From the human T2T-CHM13v2.0 reference genome, Homo sapiens: a DNA stretch of 64,000 nt. This document shows positions 1 through 13,925 of the stretch, in pieces; position 1 is the first letter of the stretch, and each line of letters opens with the position of its first letter. The DNA lies in assembly GCF_009914755.1 (NCBI RefSeq), contig NC_060933.1; one strand, written 5' to 3'. The position numbers were made by a program, and so were the translations under genes. The notes below the pieces were generated by a model. It did not search any database. It was not told the DNA's origin and was given only the letters and a program-made list of their open reading frames with translations.

Positions 1-3000
1 ATGGAATCTTCCGGAATAGAATGGAATGGAATGGAATGGAATGCAATGGATTCAACTCGATTGCAATGGAATGGAATAGAATGAAATGGAATGGAATGGA
101 ATGGAATTAACCCGAATAGAATGGTATGGAATGGAATGGAACGGAACGGAACGGAACGGAACGGAATGGAATGGAATGGAATGGAATAGAATGCAATTGT
201 TTGGAATGGAATGTAATGGTACGGAATAGAATGGAATGGAATGAATTGGAATGGAATGGAATGGAATGGAATGGAAAGGAATGGAATGGAATCAACCCGA
301 GTGCAGGGGAATGTAATGGAACGGAATGCAATGGAATGGAATCATCCGGAATGGAATGGAATGGAATGGAATGGAATGGAATGGAATGGAATGGAATCAA
401 CCCGAGTGCAATGGAATTGAGTGGAATGGAATGGAATGGAATGGAACAACCCGAATGGAATGGAATGTAATGGAGAGTAAGGGAGTTGAATAGAATCAAT
501 CCGAATGTAATGGAATGGAATGGAACGGAATGGAATGGAATGGAATTGAATGGAATGCAATGGAATGGAATCAACCCGAGTACAATGGAATGGAATGGAA
601 TGGAATGGAATGGAATGGAATGGAATCAACTCTATTGCATTGGAATCGAATGGAACAGAACGGAATGGAAAGGAGAGGAATGGAATGGAATGGAATGGAA
701 ACTACCTGAATGGAATGGAATGAAATGGAGTGTGAGGGAATTTAATAGAATCAATCCGAATGGAATGGAATGGAATGGAACGGAATGTAATGTAATGGAA
801 TGGAATGGAATCAACCCGAGTGCAGGGGAATGGAATGGAATGGAATGCAGTGGAATGGAATCATCCGGAATGGAATGGAATGGAATGGAAGGGAATGGAA
901 TGGAATGGAGTGGAAAGGAATGGAATCAACCCGAGTGCAGGGGAATGGAAAGCAATGGAGTGCAATGGAATGGAATCATCCGGAATGGAATGGAATGGAA
1001 TGGAATGCAAAGCAATGCAATCAACTCTATTGCAATGGAATGGAATGGAATGGAAAGGAATAGAATGGAATCAACTCGAGTGGAATGGAATGGAAAGGAC
1101 TCAAATGGAGTGGAATGGAATGGAATGGAATGGAAAGGAATCAACTCGATTGGAATGCAATGGAATGGAATGGAATGGAATGGAATGGAATTAACCCGAA
1201 TAGAATGGAATGGAATGGAATGGAACGCAACGGAACGGAACGGAATGGAATGGAATGGAATGTAATGGAATGGAATCAACCCGACTGCAGGGGAATGGAA
1301 TGGAATGGAATTCAATGGAATGGAATCATCCGGAACGGAATGGAATGGAATGGAATGGAATCAACTCGATTGCAATGGAATGGAATAGAATGGAATGGAA
1401 TGGAATGGAATGGAATTAACCCGAATAGAATGGAATGGAATGGAATGGAAAGGAATGGAAGGGAATGGAATGGAATGGAATCAACCCGAGTGCAGGGGAT
1501 TGGAATGGAATGGAATGCAATGGAATGGAAACATCCGGAATGGAATGGAATGGAATGGAATGCAATCAACCCGATGCAATGGAATGGAGTGGAATGGAAT
1601 GGAATGGAATGGAATGGAAACATCCCGAATGGAATGGAATGTAATGGAGTGTAAGGGAATTGAATAGAATCAATCCGAATGTAATGGAATGGAATGGAAT
1701 GAAATGGAATAGAATGGAATGGAATGGAATCAACCCGAGTGCAATGGAATGGATTCGAATGGAATGGAATGGAATGGAATGGATTCAAGAAGAATGGAAT
1801 GGAAAGAAATGGAATCAACCCGAGTGTAATGGCATGGAATGGATTGGAATGGAATGGGATGGAATGGAATGGTACGGAATAGAATGGAATGGAATGAAAT
1901 GGAATGGAATGGAATGGAATGAAATGGAGTGGAATTGAATGGAATGAACCCGTGTGCAATGGAATGGAATGCAATGGAATGGAATGGATTCCACTCGAAT
2001 GGAATCAACTCGATTGCAATGGAATGAAATGGAATGGAAAGGAATAGAATGGAATTAACCCGAGTGGAATTGAATGGAAAAGACTGGAATGGAGTGGAAT
2101 GGAATGGAATGGAACGGAATGGAACGGAATGGAATGGAATGGAATGCAATGGAATGGAATCTTCCGGAATGGAATGGAATGGAATGGAATGGAATGGAAT
2201 GGAATGGATTCAACTCGATTGCAATGGAATGGAATAGAATGGAATGGAATGGAATGGAATGGAATTAACCCGAATAGAATGGAATGGAATGGAACGGAAC
2301 GGAACGGAACGGAATGGAATGGAAAGGAATGGAATGGAATGGAATGGAATGGAATGGAATTGTATGGAATGGAATGGAATGGTACGGAATAGAATGGAAT
2401 GGAAAGAATTGGAATGGAATGGAATGGAATGGAATGGAATGGAATGGAATGGAATCAACCCGAGTGCAGGGGAATGTAATGGAACGGAATGCAATGGAAT
2501 GGAATCATCCGGAATGGAATGGAATGGAATGGAATGGAATGGAGTGGAATGGAATGGAATCAACCTGAGTGCAATGGAATGGAGTGGAATGGAATGGAAT
2601 GGAATGGAACAACCCGAATAGAATGGAATGTAACGGAGAGTAAGGGAGTTGAATAGAATCAATCCGAATGCAATGGAATGGAATGGAACGGAATGGAATG
2701 GAATGGAATTGAATGGAATGCAATGGAATGGAATCAACGCGAGTACAATGGAATGGAATGGAATGGAATGGAATGGAATGGAATGGAATGGAATCAACCC
2801 GAGTGGAAAGGAATGGATAGGACTGGAATGGAGTGGAATGGAATGGAATGGAATGGAATGGAATCAACCCGAGTGCAATGGAATGGAGAGGAATGGAATG
2901 GAATGGAATGGAAACTACCCGAATCGAATGGAATGTAATGGAGTGTAAGGGAATTGAATAGAATCAATCCGAATGTAATGGAATGGAATGGAACGGAATG

Positions 3001-6000
3001 GAATGGAATGCAATGGAATGGAATGCAATGGAATGCAATGGAATGGAAAGGAATTGAATGGAGTGGAATGACTTCAAACCGAATGGAATGGAAAGGAATG
3101 GAATCAACAAGAGTGGAATGGAATGGAATGCAATGGAATGGAATGGAATGGAATCAACCCGAGTGTAATGGAATGGAATCGAATGGAATGGAAAAGAATA
3201 GAATGGATTCAACCCCAATGGAATGGAAAGGAATGGAATCAACCCGAGTGGAATGGCATGGTATGGAATGGAAAGGAATGGAATGGAATGGTACAGAACG
3301 GAATGGATTGGAACGAAATGGAATGGAATGGAATGGAATGGAATGGAATGGAATGGAATCAACTCCATTGCAAAAGAATGGAAAGGAATGGAATGGAATA
3401 GAATGGAATGGAATTAACACGAATAGATTGGAATGGAATGGAATGGAATCAACCTGAGTACAGGGGAATGTAATGGAATGGAATGCAATGGAATGGAATC
3501 ATCCGTAATGGAATGGAAAGGAATGGAATGGAATGGAATGGAATGGAATGGAATGGAATGAAATGGAATGGAATGGAATCAACTCGATTGCAATGGAATG
3601 GAATGGAATTAACCCGAATAGAATGGAATGGAATGGAATGGAACGGAATGGAATGGAATGGAATGGAATGGAATGGAATGCAATGGAATGGAATCAACCA
3701 GAGTACAATGGAATGCAATGGTATGGAATGGAATGGAAAGGAATGGAATGGAATTGAATGGAATGGAATGCCTTCAAACCGAAAGGAATGGAAAGGAATG
3801 GAATCAACACGAGTGGAATGGAATAGAATGGAATGAAATGGAATGGAATGGTACGGAAAAGAATGGAATGGAACGAAATGGAATGGAATGGAATGGAATG
3901 GAATCGAATGGAATCGAATGGAATCGTTCCGAGTGGAATAGGAGGGAATGTATTCGAGTGGAATGGAAAGGAATGGAATCAACCAGAGTGGAATGGCAGG
4001 GAATGGAATGGAATGGAAACTAATAGAATGGAATCAACCCGAGTGGAATGGAATGGAACGCACTGGAATGGAATGGAATGCAATGGAATGGAATGGAATG
4101 GAATGGAATCAACTCGATTGTAATGGAATGGAATGGAATGGAAAGGAATGGAATGGAACGGAATGGAGTGGAATGGAATGGAATCAACCCGAGTGCAGGG
4201 GAATGGAATGGAATGGAATGCAATGGAATGGAATCATCCGGAATGGAATGGAATGGAATGGAATGCTATGGAATGGAATCAATCAACCCGAGTGCAGTAG
4301 AATGCAGTGGAATGGAATGGAATGCAATGGAAACTACCCGAATGGAATGGAATGTAATGGAGTGTAAGGTAATTAAAAAGAATCAATCTGAATGTAATGG
4401 AATGGAATGGAACGGAATGGAATGGAATGAAATGGAATGGAATGGAATGGAATGGAATGGAATCAACCCGAGTGCAATGGAATGGAATTGAATGGAATGG
4501 AATGGAATGGAATGGATTCAACCCGAATGGAATGGAAAGGAATGGAATAAAGCCGAATGGAATGACATGGAATGGAATGGAATGGAATGGAATGGAATGG
4601 AATGGAATGGAATGGTACGGAATAGAATGGAATGGAACGAAATGGAATGGAATGGAATGGAATGGAATGGAATGGAATGCAATGGAATGGAATGAACACG
4701 TGTGCAATGGAATGGAATCGAATGGAATGGAATGGAATGGAATGGGTTGGACTCGAATGGAATGGAAAGGAATGGAATCAACCCGAGTAGAATGGCATGG
4801 AAAGGAATGGATTGGAATGGAATGGAATGGAATGGAATGAAATGGAATGGAATGGAATGGATTCAACCTGAATGGAATGGAAAGGAATGCAATAAACCCG
4901 AGTGGAATGCCATGGAATGGAGTGGAATGCAACGGATTGGAATGGAATGGTACGGAATAGAATGGAATGGAAAGAAAAGGAAAGGAATGGAATGGAATGG
5001 AATGGAAAGGAGTGGAATGGAATGGAATGAACCCGTGTGCAAAGGAATGGAATGGAATGGAATGGAATGGAATGGAATGGAATGGAATGGATTCAACTCG
5101 AAAGGAATGGAAAGGAATGGAATCAACCCGACTGGAATGGCATGGAATGGAGTGGAATGGAATGGAATGGAATGGAATGGAATGGTACGGAATAGAATGG
5201 AATGGAACGATATGGAATGGAATGGAATGGAATGGAATTGAATGGAATGGAATCATTCCGAGTGGAATAGAAAGGAATGTATTCGAGTGGAATCGAAAGG
5301 AATGGAATGAACCAGAGTGGAATGGAAGGGAAAGGAATGGAATGAAAAAGAATAGAATGGAATCAACCCAAGTGGAAAGGAATGGAAAGGAATGGAACGG
5401 AATGGATTTGAATGGAATGGAATGGAATGGAATCAACTCGATTGCAATGGAATGGAAAGGAATGGAATGGAATGGAATGGAATGGAATTAAACCGAATAG
5501 AATGGAATGGAATGGAATGGAACAGAATGAAATGGAATTGAATGGAATGGAATCAACCCGAGTGCAGGGGATTGGAATGGAATGGAATGGAATGGAACGG
5601 AATGGAATGGAATGGAATGGAATCAACTCGATTGTAATGTAAAGGAATGGAATGGAACGGAATGGAATGGAATGGAATGGAATGAAATGGAATGGCATGG
5701 AATGGAATGGAATCAACGCGAGTGCAGTGGTATAGAAAGGAATGCAATGGAATGGAATGGAATGGAATGGAATGGAATGGATTCAACCCGAATGGAATGG
5801 AAAGAAATGGAATCAAACCGAGTGGAATGGCATGGAATGGAATGGAATGGAATGGTATGGAATAGAATGGAATGGAACGAAATGGAATGGAATGGAATGG
5901 AATGGAATGGAATGGAATGGAATGGAATGGAATTAAATGGAATGGAATGGAACGCAATGGAATGGAATGAAATGGAATGGAATGGAATCGAATGGAATGG

Positions 6001-7021
6001 AATGGAATGGAATCAACCCGAGTGCAATGGTATGGAAAGGAATGGAATGGAATGGAAGGGAATGGAATGGAATGGATTCAACCCGAATGGAATGGAAAGG
6101 AATGGAATCAAACCGAGTGGAATGGCATGGAATGGAATGGAATGGAATGGAATGGAATGGAATGGAATGGAATGGAAAGGAATGGTATGGAATAGAATGG
6201 AATGGAACGAAATGGAATGGAATGGAATGGAATGGAATGAAATGTAATGGAATGGAACGGAATGAACCCGTGTGCAATGTAATGGAATGGAATGGAATGG
6301 AATTGAATGGAATGGAATGGAATGGATTCAACTCGAATGGAATGGAAAGAATGGAATCAACCCGAGCAGAATGGCATGGCATGGAATGGAATGGAACGGA
6401 ATGGAGTGGAATGGAATGGAATGGTACGGAATAGAATGGAATGGAACGATATGGAATGGAATGGAATAGAATGGAATGGAATGGAAAGGAATGGAATCAT
6501 TCCGACTGGAATAGAAGGGAATGTATTCGAGTGCAATGGAAAGGAAAGGAATCAACCAGAGTGGAATGTAAGGGAAAGGAATGGAATGGAATGGAATGGA
6601 ATGGAATGGTATGGAATGGAATCAACTCGATTGCAATCGAATGGAATGGAATGGAATGGAATTCAATGGGATGGAATGGAATGGAATGGAATCAATCCGA
6701 ATGCAATGGAATGGAGTGGAATGGAATGGAATGGAATGGAACAACCCGAATGGAATGGAATGTAATGGAGAGTAAGGGAGTTGAATAGAATCAATCCGAA
6801 TGTAATGGAATGCAAAGGAATGGAATGGAAAGGAATGGAATGGAATGCAATGGAATGGAATCAACCCGACTACAATGGAAAAGAATGGAATGGAATGGAA
6901 TGGAATGGAATGGAATTAACCCGAATAGAATGGAATGGAATGGAATGGAATGGAATGGAATGGAATGGAATGGAATGAACCCGTGTGCAATGGAATGGAA
7001 TGGAGTGGAATGGAATGGATT

Positions 7022-7048
7022 CAACTCGAATGGAATCCATTCGAGTTG
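7022..7048. other. Perfect 13-bp inverted repeat with 1-nt spacer (CAACTCGAATGGA-A-TCCATTCGAGTTG)
   Basis: Read directly: 7036-7048 is the exact reverse complement of 7022-7034. Confidence 0.92.
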
Positions 7049-9025
7049 CAATGGAATGGAAACGATTGCAATGGAATGGAATGGAATGGAAAGGAATAGA
7101 ATGGAATCAACCCGAGTGGAATGGAATGGAAAGGACTGGAATGGAGTGGAATGGAATGGAATGGAATGGAATCAAAACGATTGGAATGGAATGGAATCGA
7201 ATGGAATGGAATGGAATGGAATCAACTCAATTACAATGAAATATAATGGAATGGAATGGAATTACCCGAATAGAATGCAATAGAATGGAATAGAACGGAA
7301 TGTAAAGGAATGGAATGGAATGGAATCAAGCCGAGTGCAGGGGAATGGAATGGAATGGAATGCAATGGAATGGAATAATTCGGAATGTAATGGAATGGAA
7401 TGGAATGGAATGGAATGGAATCAACTCGATTTCAATGGAATGGAATGGAATAGAATGGAATGGAATTAACACGAATAGAATGGAAAGGAATGGAATGCAA
7501 CGGAAAGGAATGCAATGGAACGGAATGGAATCAACCCAAGTGCAGGGGAATGGAATGGAATGGAATTCAATGGAATGGAAACATCCGGAATGGAATGGAA
7601 TGGAATGGAATGGAATGGAATGGAATGGAATGGAATCAACCCGAGTGCAATGGAATGGAGAGGAATGGAATGGAATGGAATGGAAACTACCCGAATGGAA
7701 TGGAATGTAATGGAGTGTAAGGGAATTGAATAGAATCAATCCAAATGTAATGGAATGGAATGGAACGGAATGGAATGGAATTGAATGGAATGGAATGCAA
7801 TGGAATGGAATCAACCCGAGTGCAATCGAATGGAATCGAATGGAATGGAATGTAATGGAATGGATTCAACTTGAATGGAATGGAGAGAATGGAATCAACA
7901 CGATTGGAATGGCATGGATTGGAATGGAATGGAATGAAATCAACCCGAGTACAGGGGAATGCAATGGAATGGAATGCAATGGAATGGAATCATCCGTAAT
8001 GGAATGGAAAGGAATGGAATGGAATGGAATGGAATGGAATGGAATCAACTCGATTGCAATCGAATGGAATGGAATGGAATTAACCCGAATAGAATGGAAT
8101 GGAATGGAATGGAATGGAACGGAACGGAATGGAATGGAATGGAATGGAATGGAATGGAATGGAACGGAACGGAATGGAAAGGAATGGAATGGAATGGAAT
8201 GGAATCAACGCGAGTACAGGGGAATGGAATGGAATGGAATGCATTGCAATGGAATCATCCGGAATGGAACGGAATGGAATGGAATGGAATGGAATCAACT
8301 CGATTTCAATGGAATGGAATGGAATAGAATGCAATGGAATTAACACGAATAGAATGGAATGGAATGGAATGGAATGGAAAAGAAAGGAATGGAATGGAAT
8401 GGAATGGAATCAACCCAAGTGCAGGGGAATGGAATGGAATGGAATTCCATGGAATGGATTCATCCGGAATGGAATGGAATGGAATGGAATGGAATGGAAT
8501 GGAATGGAATGGAATGGAATCAACCCGAGTGCAATGGAATGGAGAGGAATGGAATGGAATGGAATGGAAACTACCCGGATGGAATGGAATATAATGGAGT
8601 GTAAGGGAATTGAATAGAATGAATCCGAATGGACTGGAATGGAATGGAATGGAACGGAACGGAATGGAATTGAATGGAATGGAATGGAACGGAACGGAAC
8701 GGAATGGAATGGAATGGAATGGAATGGAATGGAATCAACGTGAGTGCAGGGGAATGGAATGGAATGGAATGCAATGGAATGGAATCTGCCGGCATGGAAT
8801 GGAATGGAATGGAATACAATGGAATGGAATGGAATGGAATGGAATCAACGCGAGTACAGGGGAATGGAATGGAATGGAATGGAATGAAATGGAATGGAAT
8901 CATCCGTAATGGAATGGAAAGGAATGGAATGCAATGGAATGGAATGGAATGGAATAGAATGGAATCAAGTCGATTGCAATCGAATGGAATGGAATGGAAT
9001 TAACCCGAATAGAATGGAATGGAAT

Positions 9026-9070
9026 GGAACGGAACGGAACGGAACGGAACGGAACGGAACGGAACGGAAC
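9026..9070 (+). repeat. (GGAAC)9 variant-pentamer run
   Basis: Nine consecutive GGAAC units downstream of TTAACCCGAATAGA. Confidence 0.9.
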
Positions 9071-12000
9071 GGAATGGAATGGAACGGAGCGGAATGGAAT
9101 GAAATGGAATGGAATGGAATGGAATCAACGCTAGTGCAGGGGAATGGAATGGAATGGAATGGAATGGAATGGAATCTTCTGGAATGGAATGGAATGGAAT
9201 GGAACGGAATGGAATGGAATGGAATGGAATTAACCCGAATAGAATGGAATGGAATGGTATGGAACGGAAAGGAACGGAACGGAATGGAATGGAATGGAAT
9301 GGAATGGAATGGAATTGTATGGAATGGAATGGAATGGTATGGAATAGAATGGAATGGAAAGAATTGGAATGGAATGGAATGGAATGGAATGGAATGGAAT
9401 GGAATCAACCCGAGTGCAGGTGAATAAAATGGAACGGAATGCAATCGAATGGAATCATACGGAATGGAATGGAATTCAATGGAATGGAATGGAATGGAAT
9501 GGAATCAACCCGAGTGCAATGGAATGGAGTGGAATGGAATGGAATGGAATGGAACAACCCGAATGGAATGGAATGTAATGGAGAGTAAGGGAGTTGAATA
9601 GAATCAATCCGAATGTAATGGAATGGAATGGAACGGAATGGAATGGAATGGAATGGAATGGAATGCAATGGAAAGGAATCAACCCGAGTACAATGGAATG
9701 GAATGGAATGGAATGGAATGGAATGGAATCAACCCGAGTGCAATGGAATAGAGAGGAATGGAATGGAATGGAATGGAAACTACCCGAATGGAATGGAATG
9801 TAACGAAGTGTAAGGGAAGTGAATAGAATCAATCCGAATGGAATGGAATGGAATGGAACGAAATGTAATGTAATGGAATGGAATGGAATCAACCCGAGTG
9901 CAGGGGAATGGAATGGAATGGAATGCAATGGAATGGAATCATCCGGAATGGAATGGAATGGAATGGAATGGAATCAACCTGAGTGCAATGGAATGGAGTG
10001 AAAGGGAATGGAATGGAATGGAAACAACCAGAATGGATTGGAATATAATGGAGTGTAAGGGAATTGAATAGAATCAATCTAAATGTAATGAAATGGAATG
10101 GAACGGAATGGAATGGAATGGAATGGAATGGAATGCAATGGAATGGAATCAACCCGAATGCAATCGAATGCAATCGAATGGAATGGAATGCAATGGAATG
10201 GATTCAACTTGAATGGAATGGAAAGAATGGAATCAACACGAGTGGAATGGCATGGATTGGAATGGAATGGAATGGAATCAACCCGAGTAAAGGGGAATGG
10301 AATGGAATGGAATGCAATGGAATGGAATCATCCGTAATGGAATGGAAAAGAATGGAATGGAATGGAATGGAATGGAATGGAATGGAATCAACTCGATTGC
10401 AATCGAATGGAATGGAATGGAATTAACCCGAATAGAGTGGAATGGAATGGAATGGAACGGAACGGAATGGAATGGAATGGAATGGAATGGAACGGAAAGG
10501 AATGGAATGGAATGTAATGGAATGGAATGGAATGGAATGGAATGGAATGGAATGGAATGGAATCAACGCGAGTGCAGGGGAATGGAATGGAATCGAATGG
10601 AATGGAAAGGAATGGAAATGAATCAACCCGAGTGCAGGGGAATGTAATGGAACGGAATGCAATGGAATGGAATCATCCGGTATGGAATGGAATGGAATGG
10701 AATGGAATCAACCCGAGTGCAATGGAATAGAGTGGAATGGAATGGAATGGAATGGAACAACCCGAATGGAATGGAATGTAATGGACAGTAAGGGAGTTGA
10801 AAAGAATCAATCCGAATGTAATGGAATGGAATGGAACGGAATGGAATGGAATGGAATGGAATGGAAAGCAATAGAATGGAATCAACCCGAGTACAATGGA
10901 ATGGAATGGAATGGAATGGAATGGAATGGAAAGGAATCAACCCGAGTGCAATGGAATGGAGAGCAATTGAATGGAATGGAATGGAAACTACCCGAATGGA
11001 ATGGAATGTAATGGAGTGTAAGGGAATTGAATAGAATCAATCCGAATATAATGGAATGGAATGGAACGGAACGGAATGGAATGGAATGGAATGGAATGGA
11101 ATGGAATGCAAAGGAATGGAATCAACCCGAGTGCAATCGAATGGAATCGAATGGAATGGAATGCAATGGAATGGATTCAACTTGAATGGAATGGAAAGAA
11201 TGGAATCAACACGAGTGGAATGGCATGGAATGGAATGGAATGGAATGGAATGGAATGGAATGGAATGGAATCAACCGGAGTACAGGGGAATGGAATGGAA
11301 TGGAATGCAATGGAATGAAATCATCCGTAATGGAATGGAAAGGAACGGAAAGGAATGGAATGGAATGGAATGGAATGGAATGGTATGGAAAGGAATCAAC
11401 TCGATTGCAATCGAATGGAATGGAATGGAATTAACCCGAATAGAATGGAATGGAATGGAATCGAACACAACGGAATGGAATGGAATGGAATGGAATGGAA
11501 TGGAATGGAATTGTATGGAATGGAATGGAATGGTACGGAATAGAATGGAATGGAAAGAATTGGAATGGAATGGAATCGAATGGAATGGAATGGAATGGAA
11601 TCAACCCGAGTGCAGGGGAATGAAATGGAACGGAATGCAAGGGAATGGAATCATCCGGAATGGAATGGAATGGAATGGAATGGAAAGGAATGGAATCAAC
11701 CCGAGTGCAATGGAATTGAGTGGAATGGAATGGAATGGAATGGAAAAACCCGAATGGAATGGAATGTAGTGGAGAGTAAGGGAGTTGAATAGAATCAATC
11801 CGAATGTAATGGAATGGAAAGGAATGGAATGGAATGGAATGGAATGGAATGGAATGGAATGGAATGCAATGGAATGGAATCAACCCGAGTACAATGGAAT
11901 GGAATGGAATGGAATGGAATGGAATGGAATGGAATGGAATGGAATCAACCCGAGTGCAATGGAATGGAGAGATATGGAATGGAATGGAATGGAAACTACC

Positions 12001-13925
12001 CGAATGGAATGGAATGTAATGGAGTGTAAGGGAATTGAATAGAATCAATCCGAGTGGAATGGAATGGAATGGAACGGAATATAATGGAATGGAATGGAAT
12101 GGAATCAACCCGAGTGCAGGGGAATGGAATTGAATGGAATGCAATGGAATGGAATCATCCGGAATGGAATGGAATGGAATGCAATGGAATGGAATGGAAT
12201 GGAATCAACCCGAGTGCAATGGAATGGAGTGAAATGGAATGGAATGGAATGGAAACAACCAGAATGGATTGGAATATATTGGAGTGTAAGGGAATGGAAT
12301 AGAATCAATCTGAATGTAATGAAATGGAATGGAACGGAATGGAATGGAATGGAATGGAATGGAATGCAATGGAATGGAATCAACACAAGTGCAATGGAAT
12401 GGAGTGGAATGGAATGGAATGGAATGGAATGGATTCAACAAGAATGGAATGGAAAGAATGGAATCAACCTGAGTGTAATGGCATGGAATGGAATGGAATG
12501 GAATGGGATGGAATGGAATGGTACGGAATAGAATGGAATTGAATGAAATGGAATGGAATGGAATGGAATGGAATGAACCCGTGTGCAATGGAATGGAATG
12601 GAATGGAATGGAATGGATTCAACTCAAATGGAATCATCTCGATTGCAATGGAATGGAATGGAATGGAAGGGAATAGAATGGAATCAACCCGAGTGGAATG
12701 GAAAGGAATGGACTGGAATGGACTGGAATGGAATGGAATGGAATGGAATGAAATCGATTGGAATGGAATGGAATGGAATGGAATGGAATGGAATGGAATC
12801 AACTCGATTGCAATGGAATGGAATGGAATGGAATGGAATGGAATGGAATGGAATAGAATTAACACGAAAAGAATGGAATGGAATGGAATGAAACGGAATA
12901 TAATGGAATGAAATGTAATGGAATCAACCCGAGTGCAGGGGAATGGAATGGAATGGAATGCAATGGAATGGAATCATCCGGAATGGAATGGAATGGAATG
13001 CAATCATCCCGATGCAATGGAATGGAGTGGAATGGAATGGAATGGAATGGAAACATACCGAATGGAATGGAAAGTAATGGAGTGTAAGGGAATTGAATAG
13101 AATCAATCCGAATGTAATGGAATGGAATGGAATGAAATGGAATGGAATCGAATGGAATCAACGCGAGTGCAATGGAATGGATTCGAATGGAATGGAATGG
13201 AATGGAATGGATTCAACAAGAATGGAATGGAAAGGAATGGAATCAACCCGAGTGTAATGGCATGGAATGGAATGGAATGGAATGGAATGGAATGCAATGG
13301 AATGGTACGGAATAGAATGGAATGGAATGAAACGGAATGGAATGGAACGGAATGGAATGGAATGGAATGGAATGGAATGGAATGAACCCGTGTGCAATGT
13401 AATGTAATGGAATGGAATGGAATGGATTCAACTCGAATGGAATCAACTCGATTGCAATGGAATGGAATGGAATGAAAAGGAATAGAATGGAATCAACCCG
13501 AATGGAATGGAATGGAAAGGACTGCAATGGAGTGGAATGGAATGGAATGGAATTAACCCGAATAGAATGGAATGGAATGGAATGGAACAGAACGGAATGG
13601 AATGGAATGGAATGGAATGGAACGGAAAGGAATGGAATGGAATGGAATGGAATGGAATGGAATCAACGCGAGTGCATGGGAATGGAATGGAATGGAATGC
13701 AAAGGAATGGAATCTTACGGAATGGAATGGAATGGAATGGAATGGAATGGAATGGAATCAACACGAGTGCAATGGAATGGAGTGGAATGGAATGGAATGG
13801 AATGGAATGGATTCAACAAGAATGGAATGGAAAGAATGGAATCAACCTGAGTGTAATGGCATGGAATGGAATGGAATGGAATGGGATGGAATGGAATGGT
13901 ACGGAATAGAATGGAATTGAATGAA

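Noticed and set aside
8439-8450. 12-bp palindrome ATGGAATTCCAT
   Set aside because: It is a single substitution away from the recurrent GGAATTCAAT variant and is expected by chance.
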